Source of the DNA: Octopus sinensis
Taxonomy: Eukaryota
Direction of reading: 5' to 3'
Assembly (NCBI RefSeq): GCF_006345805.1
Contig: NC_043009.1
Coordinates: 14,136,001-14,200,000, forward strand
Length of the DNA stretch: 64,000 nucleotides
In this document: piece by piece, positions 62,973 to 64,000 of the stretch
Numbering within the stretch: position 1 is the first letter of the stretch
How the letters are laid out: the number at the start of each line of letters is the position of its first letter
Translations under genes and position numbers: made by a program
The notes under the pieces: model-generated
What the model saw: only the letters and a program-made list of their open reading frames with translations
What the model was told of the DNA's origin: nothing
The model's database searches: none

Positions 62973-63044
62973 TACATGTAGGTCTAGTGGTTAGAATTTC
63001 GCGCTCTCACCGTAGCGGCCTGGTTTCGATTCCCCACTTGGGAA
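62973..63044 (+). pseudogene. tRNA-Glu(CTC) pseudogene
   Basis: ggtctagtggttagaatttcgcgctCTCaccgtagcggcctggtttcgattccccacttgggaa follows the eukaryotic tRNA-Glu pattern, but the 5' acceptor strand and T-arm are damaged. Confidence 0.7.
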
Positions 63045-63057
63045 ATAGTTATTTCGT

Positions 63058-63412
63058 CGCAAGCGTGGCTGTACGGTAAGAAGCTTGCTTGCCAACCCCA
63101 TGGTTCAGCATTCAGTCCAGTTGTATGGCACCTTCGGCAAGCCTTGGGCCGATTAAAGCCTTGTGAGTGGATTTGGTAGACGGAAACTAAAAGAAGCCTG
63201 TCGTGTATATGTGTGTGTGTGTGCATTAGTATAAATGTGTGTGTGTGTCTGTATTTGTCTCCCAACCATCGCTTGACAACCGATGCTGGTGTGTTTATGT
63301 CCTCGTAACTTAGCTGTTCGGCAAAAGAGGCCGATAGAATAAGCACTAGGCTTACACAGAATAAATCCTTGTGTCGATTTCTTCGACTAAAAACCCTTTA
63401 AGGTGGTACTTA
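63058..63412 (+). mobile_element. SINE family A
   Basis: Both arms present with a (TG)n core. Confidence 0.8.
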
Positions 63413-63549
63413 AAAAATTAAGAATAAAAGAATAAATGATTGTTGAAGTGCAAAATAGACTAAGCGTGATTATAAAGTTATTCGTCTGTACTGAACTCCA
63501 CTCAAGCGGCCAGCGCTATTTGAGTATAGTTCAATAAAGTTGGAATCTT

Positions 63550-63900
63550 TTCGGTTTGAACGGCAGCTTTTCTAGCGGTGTCATATGAAATTGTCACCCA
63601 TAATTATGACCCTAGAATCGATCTATTGCATTTCAATCTCTTTTAGGGTTAGGGTTAGGGGTGGTGGGAAGGGTATCTGTTTTTTCTTCACAAATGTAAA
63701 TAAACCCAATTTGTTTCTTAAACGAGGGACATATTCATACGGCACAGAATGCTTTTTACCTCAATAGACGTCACTGATTGGTTGGAATTGCAGAAATTGA
63801 AGAAATAACAAATATCTTACAAACTATAGAATTTTCTCAATAAAGGCAAGAGAATAAGAAGTTTAACATTTTTTAATTATCTAGAAATTATGTTAAAAAC
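63550..63900. repeat. Unclassified interspersed repeat containing (TTAGGG)3
   Basis: ttagggttagggttagggg embedded in non-telomeric sequence; resembles Helentron-associated-type repeats. Confidence 0.35.
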
Positions 63901-64000
63901 TGCTGTTCAAACCGAAAAGATCCAAAAGTTGAACATCAGACACGATAAATTAATGGAACGACTCAAATTGGAACTCTAATATTATCTGTTGACTTTAACG

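Noticed and set aside
63644-63664. (TTAGGG)3 as interstitial telomere or fusion scar
   Set aside because: Only three units, embedded in what looks like a dispersed repeat.

Overview
AT-rich, microsatellite-dense animal genomic DNA. The repeat families look like those of Octopus (coleoid cephalopod); this assignment is from pattern recognition, not a database search. The only clear host gene is the 3' part of an ionotropic glutamate-receptor-family gene on the minus strand. It has three well-supported exons with consistent splice phases (62742-62489, 49497-49226, 40470-40296: post-M2/M3, S2, M4) and a candidate terminal exon at 39471-39091. Its S2 residues ([14 protein letters not shown]) resemble delta/GluN1 receptors rather than glutamate-binding AMPA/kainate receptors. 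The rest is repeats: tRNA-derived SINE families, two decayed mariners, R4/Dong-, HERO- and RTE-like LINE remnants, a hAT-like MITE, a tRNA-Glu pseudogene and fragments of at least three Penelope-like element (PLE) lineages. Several hammerhead-ribozyme motifs are visible. One is an apparently intact minimal type I hammerhead (9233-9161, minus). Another is a four-copy non-canonical family with a CUGUNGAA core, linked to Neptune-like PLE ends. Most repeat boundaries are approximate (read by eye).
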